In this document: piece after piece, positions 20,659 through 27,886 of the stretch
Numbering within the stretch: the stretch's first letter is position 1
Layout of the letters: each line of letters starts with the position of its first letter
Source: an uncultured bacterium
Lineage (GTDB): Bacteria > Patescibacteriota > Minisyncoccia > Phycocordibacterales > Phycocordibacteraceae
DNA: 64,000 bases
Direction: 5' to 3'
Assembly: GCA_937879955.1 (NCBI GenBank)
Contig: CALFMK010000001.1
Coordinates: forward strand, 267,766-331,765
Made by a program: the position numbers and the translations under genes
The notes under the pieces: generated by a model
What the model was told of the DNA's origin: nothing
Databases searched by the model: none
The model's input: only the letters and a program-made list of their open reading frames with translations

Positions 20659-21390
20659 TTAGTCATAGATAGGTGCAGGATACCTAGCATGAAGAATCTC
20701 GTACTGACTTGTGCGCGGCTTCCTCACTGCATAGAAAGCGTACTGTTTACCAATCTCCAGCTCTTGACCCAACTGATTATTCATCAGAAGCGTTCCTGAG
20801 ACAGGTTGAGATATGAGTTCGCTGTACGTTATTTTAATTTTGTAGCGCTGACCTAATTTACCCTCATCTTCTTCCAATTTCTCGACAACTACACCATTGA
20901 AGGAAACCAGACTCGATAAAGACCTCGTGTCATACGCATCGTATTCTTTATCATAGACAGCCGCATAGGGATGGCCGGTTCCGACTTTTCCAAACCGAAA
21001 TCCGCGGTTAACAAGAATACGTGTTCTTCCTTGAAGATCACCTTTGTAGGATCTTCTGATGTCCACTTCATAAAGTTCAGTATCTTCTGAGGGGTCTTCC
21101 TTTTTCTCTACGATAGTCGCGCTGAAAACGTATATCTGGTCCACTGGAGGAAATACCGGTTCAGATATTTTATCCTCTGCGCTTTTTACAATCGGTATTT
21201 GAGGTGCCTGAGCCACCGGCAATTCTATGCTGTCTTTTACCTCTGTCTGCTGCCCTGGCGTATCTTGAGGCGGATTCAATATAAATAGCGCGGTATCAAA
21301 ATGCAGTGTAGATATAGCCATTACAAATGCCACCGCAGTAGCAGTAATGTCAACTATAGACCAGCTAATACTCGATATTAATCCTTGCAT
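20659..21390 (-). CDS. hypothetical secreted/membrane-anchored protein on a low-GC insert
   Basis: 243-aa ORF with N-terminal hydrophobic helix; local GC ~45% vs ~68% flanks. Confidence 0.45.
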   Translation of the reverse strand: MQGLISSISWSIVDITATAVAFVMAISTLHFDTALFILNPPQDTPGQQTEVKDSIELPVAQAPQIPIVKSAEDKISEPVFPPVDQIYVFSATIVEKKEDPSEDTELYEVDIRRSYKGDLQGRTRILVNRGFRFGKVGTGHPYAAVYDKEYDAYDTRSLSSLVSFNGVVVEKLEEDEGKLGQRYKIKITYSELISQPVSGTLLMNNQLGQELEIGKQYAFYAVRKPRTSQYEILHARYPAPIYD

Positions 21391-21489
21391 GAATTTATTA
21401 TAAGGTTTGCAAGAAGATTATAATTTACTGAGTTAAAATAATTCTGAAGAAGACACTCCTTGAATGGGGTTTTGTTCTGGTTGTAGTGG

Positions 21490-22299
21490 TTAGAGTGGAA
21501 GTCGATACCTACCTCGCCTCTTCTCAACCAGACCCTCAGAAGCCAACTTTGCGAGCATAGCACTAACCTGCTCGCTCCGATCAGGTCCAAGTATTCCCTC
21601 CAGATACGTTTCGGTCTGCGGACCCTTCGCGAGTGCCTTCAAAATAGCACCCCGCGCCTCTCTCCCAGATCCCGTGAACGCAGCCTGCTTCGCATAGCCC
21701 TTGCTCTTCGCATTCACACGGATACCAGAGCGCTTCAGATGCGCACCATAGTCCATGAGCGCCGAGTACCAGCGCCGTGAATCCCCTTCCGGCAGCGCCT
21801 TCTCCAGTATCGAAAGCACCTCCTTATCATCGACCTTCTCCGCGTTCGGGAAGAAGTGATGGATAACGGCGGTACGCAGGTTCGTCTCCACGAACACGAC
21901 ATCCTTGTTGCCAGCGAACGCCGCTACCGCGCGTGCCGTATAGTGCCCGACGCCAGGCAGGGTCTCGAGCGTCTCTACGGACACAGGCATCTTTCCCTTA
22001 TGCTCACGCACCACGGTCTTCGCCGCCTCGTGCAGCATCTTCGCCCGGCGGTTATATCCGAGCCCCTGCCAATGGAGCAGTACGGACGAGAGTGGCGCCT
22101 CAGCGAGCGCGCTCACGGTTGGGAACGATTCGAGAAAGGCGCGATAGAACGGAATGACCCGCTCCACCTGCGTCTGCTGCAGCATCACTTCGGACACGAG
22201 GATGCGGTACGCATCCTTCGTCTTCCTCCAGGGAAGGTCATGACGCCCCTGCGCCTCGTAGTGCGCGAGGGCGAGGTCCCTAAACCGTTTCGCTGTCAT
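21490..22299 (-). CDS. HhH-GPD superfamily DNA glycosylase (MutY/Nth-like core without Fe-S cysteines) with C-terminal winged-helix-like domain
   Basis: 269 aa; helix-hairpin-helix LPGVGHYTARAV followed by catalytic-Asp region; no Cys-X6-C-X2-C-X5-C cluster. Confidence 0.7.
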   Translation of the reverse strand: MTAKRFRDLALAHYEAQGRHDLPWRKTKDAYRILVSEVMLQQTQVERVIPFYRAFLESFPTVSALAEAPLSSVLLHWQGLGYNRRAKMLHEAAKTVVREHKGKMPVSVETLETLPGVGHYTARAVAAFAGNKDVVFVETNLRTAVIHHFFPNAEKVDDKEVLSILEKALPEGDSRRWYSALMDYGAHLKRSGIRVNAKSKGYAKQAAFTGSGREARGAILKALAKGPQTETYLEGILGPDRSEQVSAMLAKLASEGLVEKRRGRYRLPL

Positions 22300-22528
22300 C
22301 GCCCTTCTCCTCCGTCACAGGCTTCGATGGCTTCACGAGCGGCGCCTCAGGGACGATGAGGATCGCGAGGAAGTATCCGACGAGTCCTGGCACGAAGCCG
22401 GTGAAGACCGTGAGGATGAGGTAGCCGAGGCGGATGAGCACCGGATCGATGCCGAAGAACTCGCCGAGACCTCCCATGATGCCCGCGAATACCCTGTTCG
22501 TCCTGCTGCGCGTGAGTGTCTTTTCCAT
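22280..22528 (-). CDS. PspC domain protein (phage-shock protein C family)
   Basis: 83 aa from MEKTLTRSRTNRVFAGIMGGLGEFFGIDPVLIRLGYLILTVFTG..; TATACT -10 box 7 nt upstream of ATG (leaderless); longer ORF upstream contains an intrinsic terminator, so it was trimmed. Confidence 0.75.
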   Translation of the reverse strand: MEKTLTRSRTNRVFAGIMGGLGEFFGIDPVLIRLGYLILTVFTGFVPGLVGYFLAILIVPEAPLVKPSKPVTEEKGDDSETV

Positions 22529-22573
22529 ATGCATTAGTATACCAAATCGCCCATCTCTGAGGAGGTAAAAGAA

Positions 22574-22600
22574 AAAACGCCTCCGAAGAGACGTTTGTAG
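22574..22600 (-). terminator. intrinsic terminator (minus strand: ACGUCUC-uucg-GAGGCGU + UUUUUUC)
   Basis: 7-bp stem with UUCG tetraloop and U-tract, 45 nt upstream of pspC start and 220 nt downstream of nth stop. Confidence 0.65.
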
Positions 22601-22800
22601 AAAGAAGAAAGAGCAGGGGTCACCCAGTCCCTTGAAGCTCAACCAGGCGGTTAGCGTATACGGCGCCGAGGCGCCAATGCCCGATGGAGAGGCTCCCTTT
22701 AGGCTTCGGGAAAAGCGCTCCAGGAACTCTACACCATCTCCCGGTAGGCGATGCTTGCGGCCGACTGATTCAAGGGACTGGGATCGGATAGATACTACCG
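22575..22800 (-). ncRNA. candidate structured RNA (~200 nt; pspC leader/riboswitch-like element or 3'UTR-derived sRNA of nth), class unknown
   Basis: perfect 14-bp long-range helix CCCAGUCCCUUGAA(22623-22636)/UUCAAGGGACUGGG(22769-22782) enclosing ~130 nt with local hairpins, ending in an intrinsic terminator; region reads through in-frame as nonsense (FFFLQTSLRRRFFF = terminator). Confidence 0.35.
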
Positions 22801-22819
22801 AATTCCGGCCACATGTCAA

Positions 22820-23491
22820 CTATTTCGCCTTCGGCCAGCGCTCAGCCGCCGGCGGCCAGAGCTTCGTGAGCGGATGATCCTCGCACGGATGCGGATTCGC
22901 CTTACAGACGTAGCGCCCGTACAAGACGAGCCCGTTGTTCACGTACTTCCAGTCCTTCTTCGGAACCAGCGCCTCAAGGTCCTTCGATATCTTCGTGAGC
23001 TCGGTATGGTCGGTAAGGTCGAACTTCAGAGCGAAGCGGCGGACGTGCGTATCGGTAGGTATGCCCTCCCATATGTCATGGAGCTCGCCGAGCACGACAT
23101 GCGCGGTCTTGTACGCTACCCCCGGAAGGCGCACGAGCTCCGCCTCCGTCTTCGGGATCCTGCCGCCGAACTCGTCCCTGATCATGCGGGCCGTAGCGAG
23201 GATATGCCGCGCCTTGTTCTTGTAGAAGGTTATGGACGAGATCGCCTCGGTGAATTCGGCGAGATCCGCATCCGCAAAATCCTTCACGGTCTTGTACTTC
23301 TTAAAGAGCGTCGCCGTGACGAGGTTCACGCGCTTGTCGGTGGACTGCGCGGAGAGCATAACTGCCACGACGAGCTGTATCGGAGTCGTGAAAGCGAGCT
23401 CGGTCTTGGGTACCGGATACGCCTTCTTCAGGTACGCGAGGATCTTCTTCGCGCGCGCCTTCCGCTCTTCGGACGTCGAAGGCTTAGGCAT
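22820..23491 (-). CDS. nth: endonuclease III-like HhH-GPD DNA glycosylase
   Basis: 223 aa; HhH motif LPGVAYKTAHVVLGE, catalytic Lys/Asp region; C-terminus has only two Cys (incomplete 4Fe-4S motif). Confidence 0.75.
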   Translation of the reverse strand: MPKPSTSEERKARAKKILAYLKKAYPVPKTELAFTTPIQLVVAVMLSAQSTDKRVNLVTATLFKKYKTVKDFADADLAEFTEAISSITFYKNKARHILATARMIRDEFGGRIPKTEAELVRLPGVAYKTAHVVLGELHDIWEGIPTDTHVRRFALKFDLTDHTELTKISKDLEALVPKKDWKYVNNGLVLYGRYVCKANPHPCEDHPLTKLWPPAAERWPKAK

Positions 23492-23951
23492 GGTCCTTCA
23501 GGTCGAGGAGGACCTGGTCCGCATGGAGCTCGGGCTTCACGTTCTCGTAGACCTTCTTGATGACGCCGTTGCGGTCGATGAGGAACGAGGTGCGCTTGAT
23601 GCCCTGGTACTCCCGGCCCATCATCCTCTTCGTGCCCCAGACGCCATAGCGCTCTGATACCACATGATCCTCGTCCGAAAGCAGCGTGAACGGGAGACCG
23701 TACTTCTCGGCGAACTTCTTATGGCTCTTCACCGAGTCGGCGGATATGCCGAACACAACCGCATCGAGCGCAGATAAGCTCGGCATCGCGTCGCGCAGCA
23801 TGCAGGCCTGCTTCGTGCAGCCTGGCGTATCGTCCTTCGGATAGAAATACAGGAGCACGCGACTTCCGCGGTGCGCTGAGAGCGTATGCGAAACGCCGTC
23901 CTGGTCGAGGAGCGTGAAATCGGGTGCCGTGGTGCCAGCCTCTGGGATCAT
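23484..23951 (-). CDS. bcp: thiol peroxidase Bcp (peroxiredoxin, bacterioferritin comigratory protein family)
   Basis: 155 aa; APDFTL.DQDG, FYPKDDTPGCTKQAC peroxidatic Cys motif. Confidence 0.9.
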   Translation of the reverse strand: MIPEAGTTAPDFTLLDQDGVSHTLSAHRGSRVLLYFYPKDDTPGCTKQACMLRDAMPSLSALDAVVFGISADSVKSHKKFAEKYGLPFTLLSDEDHVVSERYGVWGTKRMMGREYQGIKRTSFLIDRNGVIKKVYENVKPELHADQVLLDLKDHA

Positions 23952-23955
23952 AGTC

Positions 23956-25122
23956 CTATTCCGCCGAGAGCGACTCGTCCTCCGAGAACCTGCCGAACGC
24001 GAAGCGGTTCGCGATGGCGACGATGCTGCCGGTAGCGGCGAGGAAGAGGATGAACGTTATGAGGCCGCCGAGCGCAGGGACGGTGCCGATGAGGTAGAGC
24101 GCGAGCATGCCCAGCAGTGCGATCTTCCAGGTCACGCGCTCGCGCTTGAGGAGCCCGCGCCCGAGCGCCGCGCCCGCGACGATGCCGGCATAGAGATAGC
24201 CGAGCATGAGGAGGAGCGCATAGGCAGCCAGGAGCAGGAACGCGACGCCCATGCCCACGAACGATACGAGCAGTATGAAGATGAGCACCGGCGCGGCGAA
24301 CACCACGGCGAACCCGAGGAGCGCGAGCATCGCGAAGCGGCCCGGAGTCCGCGCGAGGACCTTGTCTGCGACCTGCTGCGAGAAGACCGGGAAGAGGCCC
24401 GCGAGGAGCGCTGCGGCGATGAGCACCGCGAGTATGCGCACCACAAAGAACACGCTCGCGCCGGCGATGGCGAAGGTCTTCGCCTGCTCCACCGTCGGGA
24501 GGTACGAGGACGCGCCCGTGTAGGTCACGCCGCCCACGACGCTCGAGGTAGCCGGCATCGCGACCTCTTGCGGCGCATCGTACTTGAGCGCGCCCGCGAT
24601 GACTGTGCCTTCGGCGAGCGTCAGGCGGTCCGACGCGATAACCTCGACGTCTCCCGCGAAGCTTCCGGAGAGATGCACGTCCGCGCCATAGATGACGGTG
24701 CGTGCGCCGCCGCCAGTCGCGCGGACCGTCCCGCCGATGATGCGCGTATCCTGCGCGCTCGAGGATGCGGTGACGGTACCGCCCGCGATGGTGAGGTCGC
24801 CCTGCACGGGAGCCGTGATGATCACCTGCGCGCCTGCCGCGCGGAGGTCCCCTCCTACGGGACGGTCCACGGCGATGGTGCCGCCCGCGAGCATCGCGTC
24901 GCCTGCCACCGGCGCCGCGAGGTCTATGGTGCCGCCTGCCGCGAGGACGTCGAGCGGAAGCGGTACCGCGACCGTGATGTCGGTCCCGGCCAGATACACG
25001 TTATCGGATGGTGCCTCCGAGATGACGAGCGTGCGGGCGTTCACGAAGGTCGCAGCGGAGGCCGTGGCAGGGAGCGCTGTCGCGAGGAGGGCTATGGCGG
25101 CGAAAAGCTTCGTGCGTGCCAT
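23956..25122 (-). CDS. beta-helical repeat protein (bactofilin/DUF4097-like repeats) with signal peptide and C-terminal multi-TM domain
   Basis: start trimmed to MARTKLFAAIALLATALPATASA (signal peptide) because the longer ORF overlaps msrB; repeated (A)GG.I...AP..GD..LAGGT motif; 4-5 C-terminal TM helices. Confidence 0.55.
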   Translation of the reverse strand: MARTKLFAAIALLATALPATASAATFVNARTLVISEAPSDNVYLAGTDITVAVPLPLDVLAAGGTIDLAAPVAGDAMLAGGTIAVDRPVGGDLRAAGAQVIITAPVQGDLTIAGGTVTASSSAQDTRIIGGTVRATGGGARTVIYGADVHLSGSFAGDVEVIASDRLTLAEGTVIAGALKYDAPQEVAMPATSSVVGGVTYTGASSYLPTVEQAKTFAIAGASVFFVVRILAVLIAAALLAGLFPVFSQQVADKVLARTPGRFAMLALLGFAVVFAAPVLIFILLVSFVGMGVAFLLLAAYALLLMLGYLYAGIVAGAALGRGLLKRERVTWKIALLGMLALYLIGTVPALGGLITFILFLAATGSIVAIANRFAFGRFSEDESLSAE

Positions 25123-25207
25123 GATGCCGCCATAGTAGCACAAGCGTGCCCTGGCACAGAGGCCCTGACGCACGCCCCGGAGATCCATCATTCCGGAGGT
25201 ATGATGG

Positions 25208-25612
25208 ATGCATATGGAACCTATACATAAGACCGAAGAGGAGTGGAGGGAGGCGCTGAGCCCTGAGGAATACCGGGTCCTGCGCGAGGCGGGCACCGAA
25301 GCCGCGTTTGCCGGGAAGTACGTCGACAACCACGAGGACGGCACGTATCGCTGCCGCGCCTGCCACGCCGTGCTCTTCGGATCGGACACGAAGTTCGATT
25401 CCGGCAGCGGCTGGCCGTCCTTCACGGACCCGAAGGTTGCCGAGAACGTCGGGACCCGTCCGGATGACAGCCATGGCATGCACCGCACGGAGGTCTTCTG
25501 CAAGAACTGCGGCAGCCATCTGGGCCACGTCTTCGACGACGGACCGGAGGATGCGGGCGGCAAGCGGTACTGCATCAACTCCATCGCGCTCGATTTCGAG
25601 AAAGAGACCTAG
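25208..25612 (+). CDS. msrB: peptide-methionine (R)-S-oxide reductase MsrB
   Basis: 134 aa; SelR motifs GTY.C..C...LF.S..KFDSG.GWPSF, RTEV.C..CG.HLGHVF.DG. Confidence 0.92.
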   Translation: MHMEPIHKTEEEWREALSPEEYRVLREAGTEAAFAGKYVDNHEDGTYRCRACHAVLFGSDTKFDSGSGWPSFTDPKVAENVGTRPDDSHGMHRTEVFCKNCGSHLGHVFDDGPEDAGGKRYCINSIALDFEKET

Positions 25613-25680
25613 CCTCTTCATGAGGCCTCCATGCTCGGGAGCGTAGGATTGCCGCATACCCGGCTAACCTGATTTTGCCT

Positions 25681-25806
25681 ATGGCTGATACAGACGAGAT
25701 GCGCGAGGAGGCTGAACGCAAGCGCCGCGAGGCGGAAGAGGACGCACGCAAGCTCGAAGATGCCGCTGACGCTGCTGATGAGGCGAACGACGAAGCAGGG
25801 TCATAG
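25681..25806 (+). CDS. small acidic protein (41 aa, hypothetical)
   Basis: MADTDEMREEAERKRREAEEDARKLEDAADAADEANDEAGS; below the 60-aa ORF-track cutoff; no clear SD. Confidence 0.2.
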   Translation: MADTDEMREEAERKRREAEEDARKLEDAADAADEANDEAGS

Positions 25807-25857
25807 CCGCACGAATGACAGGAGGCCCGCCACTATACGTGACGGGCCTCTATCGTT

Positions 25858-26349
25858 TCATTGGTCAATCGGTTGCACCATATCCTTGGTTCGCTCGACG
25901 GACGACTTCTTGCCCATCGATCGATACGCGACTCGATCATGTTCCGAACAGTACGGTCCAGAGCCGGATCGCCGGCCGCAGAATGTGAAGCCGTCCGATT
26001 CAGGATCGCCGATCGGCCACTTGCACATATGCGCGCCGAGCGTAAGCAACGTCGCCGCACCCGGCTCTTCCTCGCGAGGCACGTGGGGCTCTGCCTCCGG
26101 CTCCGCAGGGACGGCACGCCGCGTCGCCCGAGGCCGCGTCGTCGCAGCAGGGCGAGACGGGCGCGGAGCCTTGAAGGCTGGCCGGGCCGGCTGCGACGGG
26201 CTCGGCCGACCGCTCAGGCCGAGACGATGCACCTTGCCGATGACCGCGCTGCGGGTCACCCCGCCGAGCTGCCGCGCGACCTGGCTGGCAGACAAGCCTT
26301 CAAGCCACAGCTTCTTTAAGGTAGAGATACGTTCTTCTGACCAATCCAT
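25858..26349 (-). CDS. gcrA: GcrA family cell-cycle regulator homolog
   Basis: start at MDWSEERISTLKKLWLEGLSASQVARQLGGVTRSAVIGKVHRLGLSGR (GcrA N-terminal HTH-like domain), C-terminal CKWPIGDP..FTFCG..GPYCSEH..AY; TATAGT -10 box and GGAGGA 7 nt upstream of ATG. Confidence 0.8.
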   Translation of the reverse strand: MDWSEERISTLKKLWLEGLSASQVARQLGGVTRSAVIGKVHRLGLSGRPSPSQPARPAFKAPRPSRPAATTRPRATRRAVPAEPEAEPHVPREEEPGAATLLTLGAHMCKWPIGDPESDGFTFCGRRSGSGPYCSEHDRVAYRSMGKKSSVERTKDMVQPIDQ

Positions 26350-26541
26350 CTGACTATCCTCCAAAATACACCTACCTGCGGGCACTATACGCCCGAACCT
26401 AGCAATGCGTCCATCCCCAGGAAACCTCCCCCGATTCGAGGGTGTTCTAGGGGATAGAGGGAATCAGGACCTTGAAAGACGATCGATGCGGGACGCTCTG
26501 CGCCTCCCTATCCGTGCGCCTTATCCGTTCATGACCTGCCT

Positions 26542-26769
26542 ATGGCAATCACGAAAGCTATCGGGCTCGGCATCGGTATCATCGTCCTCAAGCTGCTGCT
26601 TCCCGGCGTTCTGTCAGAGATCGAGCAGACCGCTATCGCATTCCTCGATGGAGCGCAGGCCGGAGCCAACGTCGCTTCCTCGCTCGCCACTTCCGCAGGA
26701 GACATCCGGTTCTCGAACGAGCCGTTCGTCCTCCCGCAGGCGCCCCTGCCAGGCACCATGGTGCGATAG
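26542..26769 (+). CDS. small hydrophobic protein (hypothetical, 75 aa)
   Basis: ORF ends 8 nt before a strong intrinsic terminator; overlapping 140-aa ORF in another frame reads through that terminator and was rejected. Confidence 0.35.
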   Translation: MAITKAIGLGIGIIVLKLLLPGVLSEIEQTAIAFLDGAQAGANVASSLATSAGDIRFSNEPFVLPQAPLPGTMVR

Positions 26770-26776
26770 CAAAATG

Positions 26777-26806
26777 AGCCGGATTCCTTGGGATCCGGCT
26801 TTTTAT
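26777..26806 (+). terminator. intrinsic terminator (GAGCCGGAUUCC-uug-GGAUCCGGCU + UUUUUAUU)
   Basis: read directly. Confidence 0.7.
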
Positions 26807-26834
26807 TCATGCGCGCAGGACGAATGAGCTAGCA

Positions 26835-27386
26835 CTAATCGAAGATTGCACTTCCACAACTCTCTATTATCACCAACTGACCCGTACTCTGGTTAAGCTC
26901 TAGAGACCAGACCTGGATTGGAGTGAGGCCATTGTTTACATAAGGGCAGTCTTCCTTTCTCGCAGGATAGTGGGCACCCTCACGAACATACCAAGCGCTA
27001 CCTGATCCGGTAGAACTCGCAGACCCTAAAGTAAATGACGAAGGGATATCTGCGTCTCTTCTGCCACGAAAGAAGCAATGTTGCTTTCCAATGATAACCG
27101 CATCTTCATTAGTATAGAGACCGGTATCTCCCGTGGGAGCGAGCGAGGTTCTCTCATTAACAGATGAACGACAGTTATCTGGACCCAGATAAAAACCCTT
27201 ATCGGTTATCGATCCAGGAACGGCACGCGGATCTTTAACTTCTTCGTTTTTTTGTGGTGGTACTGGCTTCTTAGTTAACAAATCTTCGGATGACCTAGAT
27301 TCGTGTACTTGATCGGATTGAGTTGCAGCAATCGGTACATCTGGTGCCACTACCGTATGATGAAAAAAGCCGAACGATAGAACCAA
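26835..27386 (-). CDS. hypothetical protein on low-GC insert
   Basis: 183-aa ORF; local GC ~47%; no recognisable domain. Confidence 0.4.
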   Translation of the reverse strand: MVLSFGFFHHTVVAPDVPIAATQSDQVHESRSSEDLLTKKPVPPQKNEEVKDPRAVPGSITDKGFYLGPDNCRSSVNERTSLAPTGDTGLYTNEDAVIIGKQHCFFRGRRDADIPSSFTLGSASSTGSGSAWYVREGAHYPARKEDCPYVNNGLTPIQVWSLELNQSTGQLVIIESCGSAIFD

Positions 27387-27468
27387 TGCTGCTGTCGCCC
27401 CCCAATATGCCTTGCCAAAGGGTCAGAAGAGATTCCATATCTTTATATTAACCCCTAAGACTTTAGGA

Positions 27469-27879
27469 CTAGGGCTCGAACCGATTCGTCCCCTCCTCTT
27501 CCCGCTCGTTCACTCCGTGCTCCGGCAACCCGAAGTAATGCCCCACCTCGTGCCAGATGGTCTCACGCACTACGATCCGCACCGCATCCCTGAACGAGCG
27601 ATCCATCTCCTCGGCCTCCTCGATGATCGGGAGGCGGTAGAGGGTTATGGTGTCAGGAAGCGTCACGCCCACGCCGTACTCGCTTCCCCGCTCGGTTAAG
27701 GGAATGCCACGATAGAGACCAAGCAGGGTCTCCCCTTCCTCGAGCCCTTCGAGCTCTCGTATCTCGTCGTCGATGTCGTCCTCGATGAGGAGCGCGACGT
27801 TGTCGACCTTGCGCGAGAAGCGCTCCGGTATGCGGTTCCATTCGCCGATGGCGATCTGCTCGAATTCCTGCTCGCTCAT
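27469..27879 (-). CDS. zincin-like metallopeptidase family protein (DUF1025-type, HEVGHYFG motif)
   Basis: start at MSEQEFEQ; acidic protein with single HExxH (TIWHEVGHYFGL). Confidence 0.6.
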   Translation of the reverse strand: MSEQEFEQIAIGEWNRIPERFSRKVDNVALLIEDDIDDEIRELEGLEEGETLLGLYRGIPLTERGSEYGVGVTLPDTITLYRLPIIEEAEEMDRSFRDAVRIVVRETIWHEVGHYFGLPEHGVNEREEEGTNRFEP

Positions 27880-27886
27880 GCGTGCA

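Noticed and set aside
22575-22800. Assignment of the structured RNA to 6S RNA, SRP RNA or tmRNA
   Set aside because: No SRP domain-IV motif (GGAAGCAGC-like), no tRNA-like tmRNA ends, and the 6S features cannot be verified by eye. The class is left unknown.
22529-22819. Long N-terminal extension of the pspC ORF (179-aa version starting right after the nth stop)
   Set aside because: The extension contains a canonical hairpin plus U-tract terminator, translated as FFFLQTSLRRRFFF, and has no protein-like features. It is treated as a non-coding structured RNA region instead.
25822-25850. Hairpin GAGGCCCG-N13-CGGGCCTC between the small acidic ORF and gcrA as an intrinsic terminator
   Set aside because: It has a 13-nt loop and no adjacent U-tract on either strand, so it is too weak to call.
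26405-26827. 140-aa + strand ORF overlapping the 75-aa small ORF
   Set aside because: It reads through the strong intrinsic terminator at 26777..26806 and translates to Ser/Arg/Pro-rich low-complexity sequence.
27455-27492. tRNA-like T-arm motif (minus strand GGTTCGAGCCC) at the edge of a low-GC insert
   Set aside because: No acceptor, D-arm or anticodon arms can be folded around it. At most it is a decayed tRNA 3' fragment or integration scar, so it is not called as a tRNA.
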